A stretch of DNA of 64,000 nt from Pseudomonadota bacterium. Its GTDB lineage: Bacteria > Desulfobacterota > Desulfobacteria > Desulfobacterales > JBDRRP01. Below the pieces are notes generated by a model that did not search any database, was not told the origin of the DNA, and saw nothing but the letters and a program-made list of their open reading frames with translations. Both the position numbers and the translations under genes were made by a program. Of the stretch, positions 29,616-38,747 are shown in pieces. The DNA is taken from NCBI GenBank assembly GCA_043825735.1, contig JBDRRP010000027.1:62001-126000 (forward strand). Direction: 5' to 3'. Position 1 is the stretch's first letter, and each line of letters starts with the position of its first letter.

Positions 29616-30314
29616 TTACATCAACTCAAAAACGACCCCGATCTCCAGCGGCAGCGGACCGCTGAACAAGTGCGCCGGCGGCCGTGGAAACGGTGCGGCC
29701 GATGTCACGGCCGCCACCGCCGCTTCATCCAGAAAACGGTAACGGGATGGCGCCACCACGGCCACAGCGCCGATGCTGCCATCGGGCGCAATGACAAAGC
29801 GCACGACCACCCGCCCCTGGATCTGACGCCGTTTGGCGGCAGCCGGATACGCCTTGTGGCTTTCTACTCGCCAGCGCACCATGTCGAAATAATCACCGGC
29901 TGTGCGCTGGCCGCCGCCGCCGTCCATCGGCGGCGTCCATGAAACCATACCGGTATTGCTGATGACCGGTGCCGCTGGCGCTGAAATCGCAGCCACTGCG
30001 GTGGGGGCCGCCGCCGATGGCGCTGCCGGGGGCGCGATCATGCGCGGCATGGGCGGCGGATCGGCCGGTGCCGTGGGCGCCCGATCACACGGCGGCGATG
30101 GTTTATGGCGATGCGGCGGCACCGGGATCTGACGCCCCCGGGGTTTTCCGGCGTCCTGCATTTCCAGTTCGATATAGGACACATCACGGCCTTCGTAGAT
30201 CCCGGCGATATGCATCAGCGCCCAGGCGTGGACGATCAGAGAAATTACGAGAAACCCTTGAAACAGGCGATTCGGGCGGCGCCTTTCCGCGATAGAATAC
30301 TGTCGGAGAGGCAT
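29616..30314 (-). CDS. tonB: Energy transducer TonB (second system)
   Basis: SLIVH TM, Pro-rich linker, YPAAAKRRQIQGRV and LDEAA C-domain. Confidence 0.88.
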   Translation of the reverse strand: MPLRQYSIAERRRPNRLFQGFLVISLIVHAWALMHIAGIYEGRDVSYIELEMQDAGKPRGRQIPVPPHRHKPSPPCDRAPTAPADPPPMPRMIAPPAAPSAAAPTAVAAISAPAAPVISNTGMVSWTPPMDGGGGQRTAGDYFDMVRWRVESHKAYPAAAKRRQIQGRVVVRFVIAPDGSIGAVAVVAPSRYRFLDEAAVAAVTSAAPFPRPPAHLFSGPLPLEIGVVFELM

Positions 30315-30315
30315 C

Positions 30316-30723
30316 TCACCGCCCTTTCTCGGTGGCCAAGACCAGGCGCCCGGCCCCGGCGGCCTTGGCCACATCCATCACCCGCACCGCCTTGTCGAGC
30401 ACCACGGTCCGGTCGGCCTTGATCACCACCAACCGGTCCACATCGCCGGCCACCATCTCCCGGATCCGCCGGAACAAGGCGTCCAGTGCGATTTCATGGT
30501 TTTCGAGAAAGGTCCGGCCGGCCGCATCCACAAAAACGGTAATCTCCTGCCGGGTCTGCGGCTTTGCCGCATCGGCGTTGGGCAGCTTCACGTCGATGCC
30601 TTCTTCGACGATAAAATTGGTGGTCAGCAGGAAATAGACCAACAGCAAAAAGACAATGTCGATCAGCGAGGTCAACGGAGGCTGAACACCGTATGGGGTC
30701 CGTTTTTTTCGGTGTACCAACAT
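30316..30723 (-). CDS. exbD: ExbD/TolR family protein
   Basis: SLIDIVFLLLVYF, IKAD and VMD.AK.AG motifs. Confidence 0.9.
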   Translation of the reverse strand: MLVHRKKRTPYGVQPPLTSLIDIVFLLLVYFLLTTNFIVEEGIDVKLPNADAAKPQTRQEITVFVDAAGRTFLENHEIALDALFRRIREMVAGDVDRLVVIKADRTVVLDKAVRVMDVAKAAGAGRLVLATEKGR

Positions 30724-30729
30724 ACGTCG

Positions 30730-31344
30730 CTACCGATTTCTCAAAGACATCAGATTTTTCATAAAATGAACCGTTCCCGTCTGAAGGCGCGCCTCGTAAC
30801 GGTCCACCTGCCCGGCGAGATAGCTGTGAGCCACCATGGTGGGCAGCGCCACGGCCAGACCCAGGGCCGTGGTGAGCATGGCTTCCCAGATGCCGCCGGC
30901 CAAAACCGCGGCGTTCACCTTGCCGCCCATTTCCTGAATCACCATGAAGGCCTTGATCATGCCGATGACGGTCCCCAGCAGGCCCAGCAGGGGGGCGATG
31001 TTGGCGATGGTGGCCAGGGTCTGAAGATAGCGCGACAATCCCCGGACCTCGTTTTCGGTGGCATGCACCAGCACTGTCTCCAGCGTCTCGCGGTCCTGAT
31101 CCATCACTTCAATTGCCTGCCCGAGCACGCGCCCCATTGGACAGCGGCTCTCGTCGGCCGCCTGTGCCGCACCGCTGCGATCACCGGTGCCCAGGTGGTC
31201 AACCACCCGCCGGGCCACCCCCCGGCCCCTTCGGCGCAGCACCATGAAATGAACGATCCGCTCGGCGAAAATGGCCGCCGCCAGCACCGAACACAGCAAA
31301 ATGGGGGTGACGAGCACCCCGCCTTTAGCCAGAAACGCCACCAT
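30730..31344 (-). CDS. exbB: MotA/TolQ/ExbB proton channel
   Basis: APLLGLLGTVIGMI and GIWEAMLTTALGL motifs; start MVAFLAKGG with GGAGG RBS. Confidence 0.9.
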   Translation of the reverse strand: MVAFLAKGGVLVTPILLCSVLAAAIFAERIVHFMVLRRRGRGVARRVVDHLGTGDRSGAAQAADESRCPMGRVLGQAIEVMDQDRETLETVLVHATENEVRGLSRYLQTLATIANIAPLLGLLGTVIGMIKAFMVIQEMGGKVNAAVLAGGIWEAMLTTALGLAVALPTMVAHSYLAGQVDRYEARLQTGTVHFMKNLMSLRNR

Positions 31345-31357
31345 ATAGCCCTCCGGT

Positions 31358-33037
31358 TCATTGCCTTGTTTCGACGTCCGCCGTACCGTCGAAATCCAAA
31401 TCCTCGCTCCGCGACACCACCACCTGAGCCGCATCGTAGACTTCCCACAAATCGGGACTGCCGTCCCGGTTGCGGTCCTCGGCGACACGGGTAATGCGGC
31501 CGTGGTCATAGTAAAACCAGATGTCCACAGTGCCGTCACCATCGGTGTCCTTTTCGGCCAGTGTTGCGGTTTCGGTATCATCGTAATGCCAGGTGATGTT
31601 CAAGCGCTCGGCGCCGCCCTGCGCCTCGCGGGAAAGGGTGATCCGCCCAGCCGGATCGAATGCCTCCAAAAGCACCGGACGGCCGCTCTGCCCGTCGAAG
31701 ACTTCCCGCTGGCGGAGCACGTCACCGGTGTAAGTATCGCGCGATATCAGGTGGCCGTCGGCGTCGGTCCGGGTTTCCACCCGCGAGCCTGCCGAAACGT
31801 CATAGCGCACCGTCAGCTCGAATTGGCCGTCATTGTCATTGTCCATGAGACCGGAGGCCAAAGCGCCGTCGGCATAAGTCTGACGGATGTCGACACGGCC
31901 GTCGCCGTTTCGGTCCTGCCCGATGTTGGTAATCCGGCCCGCCGCGTAAACCTGCCAGGTGTCCACAAGGCCGTCCCCGTTGGTGTCGGCCAGACTCTTT
32001 TGAATCCGCCCGTGTCCGTCGTAGTGGATAGTTCGTTCCGGCCGGCCGTCACCGTCTTCGTCAGTGGTCTGCATAATCGGCAGATCATTTTCGAAACCGG
32101 TGACGGTGATGCGGCTGCCGTCACGGGCCTCGACCTGCGCCAGGCGGCCCTCGGCAAAACGGCTGATCTGCCTCACCGCGCCGGAGTCCGGGTCTATTTC
32201 ACGAACCAGTGCCGGATGACCGTTGGCATTAAATTCGGTAAACCGGTCCATGCGCCCGTCGCCATCGGTGTCCTCCTCACGCAGGGTCGGTGTGCCATGA
32301 TCGAATCGCACCAGCTTGTCATAGCGCCCGTCTCCGGTGGTGTCGCGCTGCTCCAGAACAGGCACGGCGTGTTCATAATGGATCTGTATTTCCGGGGTGC
32401 CGTCATCGTCGGCATCGGTCAGGCGGGAGCGGATCTCCCCGTTTTCATACTGCTGCCGGGTTTCCAGCCTTCCGTCGCCGTCGAGGTCATGGCGGCTCGC
32501 CTCCGGCTGCCCCTTATCGTCCAGGGTGACGATCTGATCGATCCGACCGTCACCCGTGGTGTCACGGGTCACCGTGTGAAGGCGCCCGTCGACGTACCGC
32601 TGGTCGGTATCCAGTCGGCCGTCGCCCGTGGTATCGCGCTGCCAGCGCAGTGGCCGCCCCTGGTCTTCGAAGGTGAGCTGCCCCACAATCCGCCCGGCGG
32701 CATTCAGCGTCTCCCGGCGAAGGGGCTTTCCGTTTTCAATGACATCGCGCTCGTCGATGACGCCGTCTGCGTCGGTATCGCGCGCCACACTATCCACGGC
32801 GCCCTGACGGTAATACTGAAACGTATCCATCCGTCCGTCGCCGTCGGTGTCGAGCTCAAGGGTGACAATACCGCCGGCAGCGTCCAGCCGGGCGATGCGG
32901 TCCGTCCGGCCGTCACCGTCGCTGTCCTGCTCGATGACGCGGCCGCCGGATGCCGCCGCCGGCAGTGCGTGCAGGCCCGCGGCCAGTACCAGCAGGGCGC
33001 CGGTGGCGGTTAAAAGAAAAGATCGTCTTGGAGACAT
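31358..33037 (-). CDS. Exported repeat protein with ~16 DxDGDG-type beta-hairpin repeats and a twin-arginine-like signal
   Basis: Start MSPRRSFLL... (GGAG RBS); repeats such as DSDGDGRTD, DTDGDGRMD and DRNGDGRVD at ~23-24 aa spacing. Confidence 0.8.
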   Translation of the reverse strand: MSPRRSFLLTATGALLVLAAGLHALPAAASGGRVIEQDSDGDGRTDRIARLDAAGGIVTLELDTDGDGRMDTFQYYRQGAVDSVARDTDADGVIDERDVIENGKPLRRETLNAAGRIVGQLTFEDQGRPLRWQRDTTGDGRLDTDQRYVDGRLHTVTRDTTGDGRIDQIVTLDDKGQPEASRHDLDGDGRLETRQQYENGEIRSRLTDADDDGTPEIQIHYEHAVPVLEQRDTTGDGRYDKLVRFDHGTPTLREEDTDGDGRMDRFTEFNANGHPALVREIDPDSGAVRQISRFAEGRLAQVEARDGSRITVTGFENDLPIMQTTDEDGDGRPERTIHYDGHGRIQKSLADTNGDGLVDTWQVYAAGRITNIGQDRNGDGRVDIRQTYADGALASGLMDNDNDGQFELTVRYDVSAGSRVETRTDADGHLISRDTYTGDVLRQREVFDGQSGRPVLLEAFDPAGRITLSREAQGGAERLNITWHYDDTETATLAEKDTDGDGTVDIWFYYDHGRITRVAEDRNRDGSPDLWEVYDAAQVVVSRSEDLDFDGTADVETRQ

Positions 33038-33047
33038 CGCCCACTCC

Positions 33048-33105
33048 AAAATAAAAAAAGGGCCGCGAATGCTGGGACATGTAAATGTCCCGGCCTTCGT
33101 GGCCC
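33048..33105 (-). promoter_or_regulatory. Leader attenuator with an ACGAA-loop hairpin overlapping a terminator (copy 3)
   Basis: Minus strand GGCC-ACGAA-GGCC GGGACAT ttac ATGTCCC AGCATTCGCGGCCC TTTTTTTATTTT; TTGACA-N18-TACATT promoter candidate near 33185-33214. Confidence 0.65.
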
Positions 33106-33212
33106 GGAATCGATATGGCGAAAACGGATTGTTACAAATGGTGCATCGAGGACGCCTTCTTGGCGCCCGCAGTTCAGTGCGCCGAATGTACATGAAACGC
33201 AGTGGTTATGTC

Positions 33213-33252
33213 AAAAGAAAAAAGGGGCTACGGTAGATACCGTAGCCCCCTT
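33213..33252 (-). terminator. Intrinsic terminator downstream of tRNA-Val
   Basis: GGGGCTACGGTA-TC-TACCGTAGCCCC followed by TTTTTTCTTTT. Confidence 0.8.
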
Positions 33253-33260
33253 CATGTGTC

Positions 33261-33335
33261 TGGTAGGCACGATTGGATTTGAACCAACGACCCCTTCCGT
33301 GTCAGGGAAGTGCTCTCCCCCTGAGCTACGTGCCT
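33261..33335 (-). tRNA. tRNA-Val(GAC)
   Basis: AGGCACGTAGCTCAG...CTTCC-CT-GAC-AC-GGAAG...GGTTCAAATCC...GTGCCTACCA cloverleaf. Confidence 0.95.
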
Positions 33336-33444
33336 GAAAACATGGCGTTTGAGTTACCATCGCCCCCCCGCCCTGTCAAGGGGAAAGGGCCGGGGACGCA
33401 CGGTTTTCAGTATTCGAAATCGGGATCGAAAATCCGATAAAAGC

Positions 33445-33570
33445 CTTGATGGCTCTGTAAAAAGTTGTAATCTCTCGCAAAGGCGCAAAGATCGCAAAGT
33501 TAACATAATGACATTTAAGATGTTTTACTTGGCGTCTTTGCGAGAAAATTGCTTTTTTACGAACCTTTCA
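33445..33570. repeat. MITE-like element (TTGATGG..GTAAAAAG / TTTTTTACG ends) enclosing a CGCAAAG-unit palindrome
   Basis: Same end motifs as 51906-52024 and 38565-38585; internal TCTCGCAAAGGCGCAAAG...CTTGGCGTCTTTGCGAGA. Confidence 0.7.
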
Positions 33571-33630
33571 GCTACGAAACCGATAGGGATTTCGATGCCA
33601 ATGTGATCACAAGTCCCACTCGCCGCAGTC

Positions 33631-34833
33631 TCATTTGGGTCTCAGGGCCACCCGCATTTTATCACCGGAGACATCTTTGATGTCGATACCGAAATTATCG
33701 AAGGTGGTGCGCATGAGGCTCTCGGCCAGGGCGGCCACGTCGCCCTGGTACTCCACCACCAGTGCGGCCTGATCGGGCTTCATCTCGGTGGTCTGGGTGG
33801 ATTTGACCCCCGGCATGGTTTTGATGATCCGCCGGAACGTAACAAAATTGGCCAGATCCCGTGTCCCTTCGATGGCGATCTCCACCCGGCTGAGCACATC
33901 CTCGGATACCAGCCAGGCCGGCGCAAGCTGCCTGGCCAGGGTCTCGCCGGCCTGGACAGCGGCGGCATCCATGGCCTTTCGACCACCCTGGGTGGCTTCA
34001 CTGGCCGTGGCGACCGATTCCTGCTCGACAGTGGCCAGGATCTTCCGGTCGGCGACCCGGATGGCCTTCACCCCCACCACGGCCCGGTAGCTGCGGAGCT
34101 GATCGCCCATGGTGTTGGAGGCCAGGGCGGCGCGCGCCGTACCCACCACCACCACCTCGGCCCGGTAGGCCGAGGCCAGATGCACCAGGGTTTCAATGTC
34201 GATATTGGGCGGATAATCGAGCACCTGGGCACTGCCGCCCTCGGGCCGGGTCGGGCTGAGAACGGAAAACCCGGCCTCCCTGAGCTTTGCCCCCAGCACC
34301 TTCTGGCTGTCGTTTTCCGTCATCACCGCATCGCCGCCCCACCAGTAGGACGGCAACTGCTGGAGAACGTCCTTTTCGACGATAAACAGCAGCGTCCTGG
34401 GCATGACCTTGCGCGAGAGGGTGATACCGGCGGCGTTAAATTGCCGCCGGAGGGCGTCCAGTGACACGGTGGCGGATACCATGACCCGGTAGTCATTGCC
34501 CGCCGGGGTCTCCGCCAGCACCTTGTATCCCTGGAGAAACTCGTTGCTGCGGCCGCTGATGGCCTGGGAAACTGCGGCAAAATGGCCCACAAACGTGTCT
34601 GCAGGGACCAGTTCGATGACCGCCATGGCAATGGCGGCATTCAGGCCGTTGTCGATGGCTTCCTGACGGGCATTTGCCGTATTTCCCTTGGTGATCCGTC
34701 CGCTGCCGATAGCGGTATACTCCTTGCTCGGCCCTGCAGCCAGCCCCGCGGCTTCACCGAGGGCAGGCATTGCGAAAAACGCCATCAGGAGTAAAAACAG
34801 CATCGGACGGAGTGGCAAACGGTGGCGCAGCAT
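33631..34833 (-). CDS. Exported hypothetical protein (FlgT N-terminal-like domain plus CsgG/TolB-N-like domain)
   Basis: Signal peptide; G.G.I..GN.A.ARQEAI..GL..AI motif; GAGGAGG RBS; co-oriented with ispB-rimO. Confidence 0.65.
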   Translation of the reverse strand: MLRHRLPLRPMLFLLLMAFFAMPALGEAAGLAAGPSKEYTAIGSGRITKGNTANARQEAIDNGLNAAIAMAVIELVPADTFVGHFAAVSQAISGRSNEFLQGYKVLAETPAGNDYRVMVSATVSLDALRRQFNAAGITLSRKVMPRTLLFIVEKDVLQQLPSYWWGGDAVMTENDSQKVLGAKLREAGFSVLSPTRPEGGSAQVLDYPPNIDIETLVHLASAYRAEVVVVGTARAALASNTMGDQLRSYRAVVGVKAIRVADRKILATVEQESVATASEATQGGRKAMDAAAVQAGETLARQLAPAWLVSEDVLSRVEIAIEGTRDLANFVTFRRIIKTMPGVKSTQTTEMKPDQAALVVEYQGDVAALAESLMRTTFDNFGIDIKDVSGDKMRVALRPK

Positions 34834-34865
34834 TGAAAACACCTCCTCAGTAATGTCCATCCACA

Positions 34866-35846
34866 TCACGCTCCCCGGACCAGGGCATAGCGGGCAATGT
34901 CGCGGAGCATGTCCAGGGTGGTCGACGCGGAAAACCCCGCCAGAGCCTCGATGGCAGTCTCCACGTGCCGCTCGGCAGCGGCCCGAGTGTATGCGATACC
35001 GCCGGTGTCCACCAGCATCCGGTGGAGTCGACGAAATTCCGTATCACTGAAATCAGGATTTTGTATGACGGCAGAGATAAACTGCCGGTCTTCCTCACCG
35101 GCCACAGCGAGCGCGCGGATCACCGGCAGGGTGAGTTTTCCTTCCCGCAGATCGGCGCCCACCGTTTTGCCCAGTGCGGCGCTGTCGGCTTCATAATCGA
35201 GAAGATCGTCGGCCATCTGGAAAGCCATCCCCAGGTGGTGTCCGTAGTCGGCGAGGGCGTGCTCCGCCTCGGGGGCTGCCTCGGCCAACTGGGCGCTGCT
35301 GCGGCAGGCACCCTGAAAGAGCACGGCCGTCTTGCAGCGGATGACTTCAAGGTAATCGGCTTCGCCCAGACTCACGTCGGCTTTCCGGGAAAGTTGGTGG
35401 ATTTCGCCCTGGCTCATATTTTCCGTCACCCAGGCAACGGTACGGATGATGGGCGGGCTTTCGGCCTCGGCGGCAATGGACAGCGCCCGCGCCAGGAGAA
35501 AATCCCCGGTCAGCACAGCCACGGCGCTGTCCCACACGGTGTGGGCCGCCGGCCGACTGCGGCGCACCCGTGCGCCGTCCACCACGTCATCGTGAAGCAG
35601 GGTTGCCGCGTGAAGGTATTCGAAGATCACCGAAAAAGTTTTGCAAAAAGCGTCGTCACGACCGCACAGCCGCGCGGAAAGCAGCATCAGCAGCGGCCTG
35701 AGGCGTTTTCCGCCGCTGAAAAGGATGTGCCCGGCAATGGCTTTGACCAGATCCACGTGAGGGGTGAGATTTGCGGCCAGTGCGGTCTCGATGTCGGCCA
35801 GATCCGCCGCGGCGCCGGCGAGGATTTTCTGTTTGAGGTCGGTCAT
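34866..35846 (-). CDS. ispB: Polyprenyl (octaprenyl) diphosphate synthase
   Basis: GGKRLRP, LLHDDVVD, RR, FQMADDLLD and GKLTLP motifs. Confidence 0.93.
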   Translation of the reverse strand: MTDLKQKILAGAAADLADIETALAANLTPHVDLVKAIAGHILFSGGKRLRPLLMLLSARLCGRDDAFCKTFSVIFEYLHAATLLHDDVVDGARVRRSRPAAHTVWDSAVAVLTGDFLLARALSIAAEAESPPIIRTVAWVTENMSQGEIHQLSRKADVSLGEADYLEVIRCKTAVLFQGACRSSAQLAEAAPEAEHALADYGHHLGMAFQMADDLLDYEADSAALGKTVGADLREGKLTLPVIRALAVAGEEDRQFISAVIQNPDFSDTEFRRLHRMLVDTGGIAYTRAAAERHVETAIEALAGFSASTTLDMLRDIARYALVRGA

Positions 35847-37177
35847 TCAGGCTCTCCGATGAGATCGTACTCCAGGGAATCGACTACGCGAATACGGTAA
35901 ATGCCACCCTTTTTCAACCCTTGCCCGTGAATGATGGTCAACCCGTCCACCTCCGGGGCCTGAAACATCGTGCGCCCCATGAACAGTCCCGGTTCAGGGT
36001 TTTCCTCCACCAGCACATCCAGCAGACTGCCGCGACGCGCTTCGTTGATGGCTGCCGAGATGTCTAGCTGCTGCTGCATGAGCGCATCAGAGCGCCGCCG
36101 GGCCACCGCTGCAGGCACGTGCCCCGGCAGTCCGTGCGAAGGCAGATCATCGGCATCCGAATAGATGAAAACCCCCAGGTGATCGAACCGCACCCGCGCG
36201 ACGAGATCCTGCAGGACGGCGACATCCGCATCGGTTTCACCGGGGAACCCGGTAATGATGGTGGTGCGCAGCGCAACGCCGGGCAGCCGCTGCCGGATGT
36301 CGTCAAAAAGCCGCAACAGGTCCTTTTGCCCGTAACGGCGCCCCATGCGCCGGAGTACCGGGTCGCTGGCGTGCTGAATCGGGATGTCCACGTACCGGCA
36401 AAGATTTGGAAACCGGCCCATGACATCGATGACATCCATGCCAAGACTTTCCGGATGCCCATAGAGCAGGCGGATCCAGGTATCGGGGCAGCCGGCGGCC
36501 AGTTGCGACAGCAAATCGGCCAGACCGTGTTTGCCGTCCCGGTCCAGACCGTAGGCGGTAGTGTCCTGGGCAACGAGGATCAGTTCCTTGATCCCCTGCC
36601 TGGACAGCGCAGCCGCCTCGGTCACGATGTCCGCCGCCGGCCGGCTCTTTTGTCTGCCACGGAGCTTGGGGATGATGCAGTAAGTACACTGCCGGCTGCA
36701 CCCTTCGGCGATCTTGATATAAGCAAACGGCGCACCACCGGCGTCCCGGGGCGTGCCTGCCGACTGAAGCGCGATGCGGTCGGGATCCGGCAGCAGGCAC
36801 GATGCCCTGGGAAGGCTTCCCGTGACCGCGTCGATAATCCGATCATACGCGCCGGTTCCCAGAAACACATCCACTTCCGGCAGTGACGCCGCGGTCTGCT
36901 CACGGTAGCGTTCCGGCAGGCACCCGGTGACGATGAGGGTGTGACACGCCCCTGCCTCCTTGTAGCGCGCCAGTTCCAGAATGGCATCGATGGACTCGTC
37001 GGCGGCGTCGGTGATGAAGCAACAGGTGTTCACCACAATGACATGCGCTTCGGATGGATCGTCGATATGGGCCCAGCCAGCTTCGGCCAGCCGCCCGAGC
37101 ATGATTTCACTGTCTACCTGGTTGCGGGCACAGCCTAAAGAGGCGAGGTGAAACAGTCGGGTCGAAGAGGATTTCAT
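35843..37177 (-). CDS. rimO: Ribosomal protein S12 methylthiotransferase
   Basis: SLGCARNQVDSE, VNTCCFI, KIAEGCSRQCTYC, APEVDG and C-terminal TRAM domain. Confidence 0.95.
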   Translation of the reverse strand: MKSSSTRLFHLASLGCARNQVDSEIMLGRLAEAGWAHIDDPSEAHVIVVNTCCFITDAADESIDAILELARYKEAGACHTLIVTGCLPERYREQTAASLPEVDVFLGTGAYDRIIDAVTGSLPRASCLLPDPDRIALQSAGTPRDAGGAPFAYIKIAEGCSRQCTYCIIPKLRGRQKSRPAADIVTEAAALSRQGIKELILVAQDTTAYGLDRDGKHGLADLLSQLAAGCPDTWIRLLYGHPESLGMDVIDVMGRFPNLCRYVDIPIQHASDPVLRRMGRRYGQKDLLRLFDDIRQRLPGVALRTTIITGFPGETDADVAVLQDLVARVRFDHLGVFIYSDADDLPSHGLPGHVPAAVARRRSDALMQQQLDISAAINEARRGSLLDVLVEENPEPGLFMGRTMFQAPEVDGLTIIHGQGLKKGGIYRIRVVDSLEYDLIGEPE

Positions 37178-37332
37178 GGATTCCCGGTTCGGTTTACAAA
37201 CTGCAACCGTCGTTGTTTGCGGATTGATAAAATAGGGAGCCGCGGCAGTTCTTGTCAACAGCCAAATCACTTTCAGGGGAAGGCGCCCGCCCCGCTCGGA
37301 GCATGAATCACGGCGATCGCCGGCAGCGGCGT

Positions 37333-38421
37333 CTACGGGTTCGGCGCTGAGGCGGGAAATCCGCTGGTGGCCGACGACCGGAGGCCGCCGTCAGGACCTT
37401 TTTCGATGATAAACCCCTCCACCCCAGGCATTCGCTCCAGCAGGGCCAGACCGGCAGCGGCACCCATCACCGTCACACCCGTGGCCAGCCCGTCGGCCAG
37501 GGTACAGTTGTCGGCATAGATCGACACACTGACCACCCCGTTTTCAACCGGTCTGCCGGTTCTCGGATCCAGGATATGGGTGTAACGGTGGCCGGCTTCG
37601 ATGAAAAAATTGCGGTAGTCGCCGGAGGTGGCCAGGGCATGGTCGGTGATATCCATCGCATGGTAGACCCGGTTGGCCGGAGCACCCGGGTCAGGCAGGT
37701 TGATGCCTACACGCCAGGGCCGGCCGTCTTGTCGCCGACCTGCCGCAACCACCTCACCGCCGATCTCCACAAGAAAATCCCGATAGCCGGCGCTTTGCAA
37801 GGCGCCCGCCACCACATCCACGCCGTATCCCTTGGCAACGGAGGCCAAATCGAGCGTTAACCGGGGCAGCTTCTTTGAAATGGCACCGCTGTCGTGAATC
37901 CGAATATTATCAAATCCGGTATCGGCCAGCGCCGCGGCAATGGCTTCAGGCGGCGGCACTTCGTGGGGGTGATTCGTGTGACCGAACCCCCACAGGTTGA
38001 TGACCGGTTTGAGCGTTCCGTCCCAGGCCCCGCCGGTGATTTCGTAGAGACGGCGGGCCACGGTGAGCACGGTGAGAAAATCCCGGGAGACCACCACCGG
38101 CATATCGGCCTCGGCCAGGGCATTGAACCGGCTGATCTCGCTGTCTGGCCGGTAGGTGGACATGCTCCGGTTGATCTCTTCAAGACGCTCATCGATGGTT
38201 CGCTTCAACCCCTCCAGGTCGACGCCTTTCCGGGCCACGACCTTGATATGGTAGGTCGTTCCCATGGTGCGCCCTGCGATCTGCACCTCCTGCCGGCCGC
38301 CGCAGGCCGGCAAATAAAGGGCCAGCGAAAGGACGACAAGTGCCGACAACCAGATGCGGGCGCTCCCAGCACGCCCCGTCACCTTGCGTTGGGCCAATAC
38401 TGTTACGGTGTAATCAATCAT
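37333..38421 (-). CDS. apbE: FAD:protein FMN transferase lipoprotein (start uncertain)
   Basis: TMGTTY, SEISRFN, DLASVAKGYGVD, ATSGDYRN, HILDPRTG, ADGLAT motifs; lipobox LPAC. Confidence 0.93.
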   Translation of the reverse strand: MIDYTVTVLAQRKVTGRAGSARIWLSALVVLSLALYLPACGGRQEVQIAGRTMGTTYHIKVVARKGVDLEGLKRTIDERLEEINRSMSTYRPDSEISRFNALAEADMPVVVSRDFLTVLTVARRLYEITGGAWDGTLKPVINLWGFGHTNHPHEVPPPEAIAAALADTGFDNIRIHDSGAISKKLPRLTLDLASVAKGYGVDVVAGALQSAGYRDFLVEIGGEVVAAGRRQDGRPWRVGINLPDPGAPANRVYHAMDITDHALATSGDYRNFFIEAGHRYTHILDPRTGRPVENGVVSVSIYADNCTLADGLATGVTVMGAAAGLALLERMPGVEGFIIEKGPDGGLRSSATSGFPASAPNP

Positions 38422-38460
38422 CGCAAACACTTTCCAACGCCAATGAAGGAGGAACCGCTG

Positions 38461-38684
38461 CAACCAAAACCCGTTCTCGCGCAGAGACGCGGCGGCGCAG
38501 AGAATAACATCATTAATATCAATTTATTAGCTTTGCGATCGTTGCGGCTTTGCGAGAGATTCGCACTTTTTTACGGATCCATCAAAGTTCATTTTACTCA
38601 GCGTCTTTGCGTCTCTGCGCGAGTAATTGGTTTTTGTTTTTCTGTTTTTCACCCGTTTCGTGATCTTCGTGTACTTCGTGGTAA
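38461..38684. repeat. Nested palindromic intergenic repeat (hypE/apbE junction)
   Basis: Both ends closely match 41404-41623 and 2826-2867. Confidence 0.85.
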
Positions 38685-38747
38685 CCATTCAATGGTTCGG
38701 ATAACGCCAACTTGAGCTTTCCGGACAACCGCATAAAAGAAGTCAAA

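Noticed and set aside
10173..33335. Genomic island integrated at the 3' end of tRNA-Val
   Set aside because: The uptake block lies downstream of the tRNA, but I found no integrase and no duplicated tRNA 3' end near 7-10 kb.
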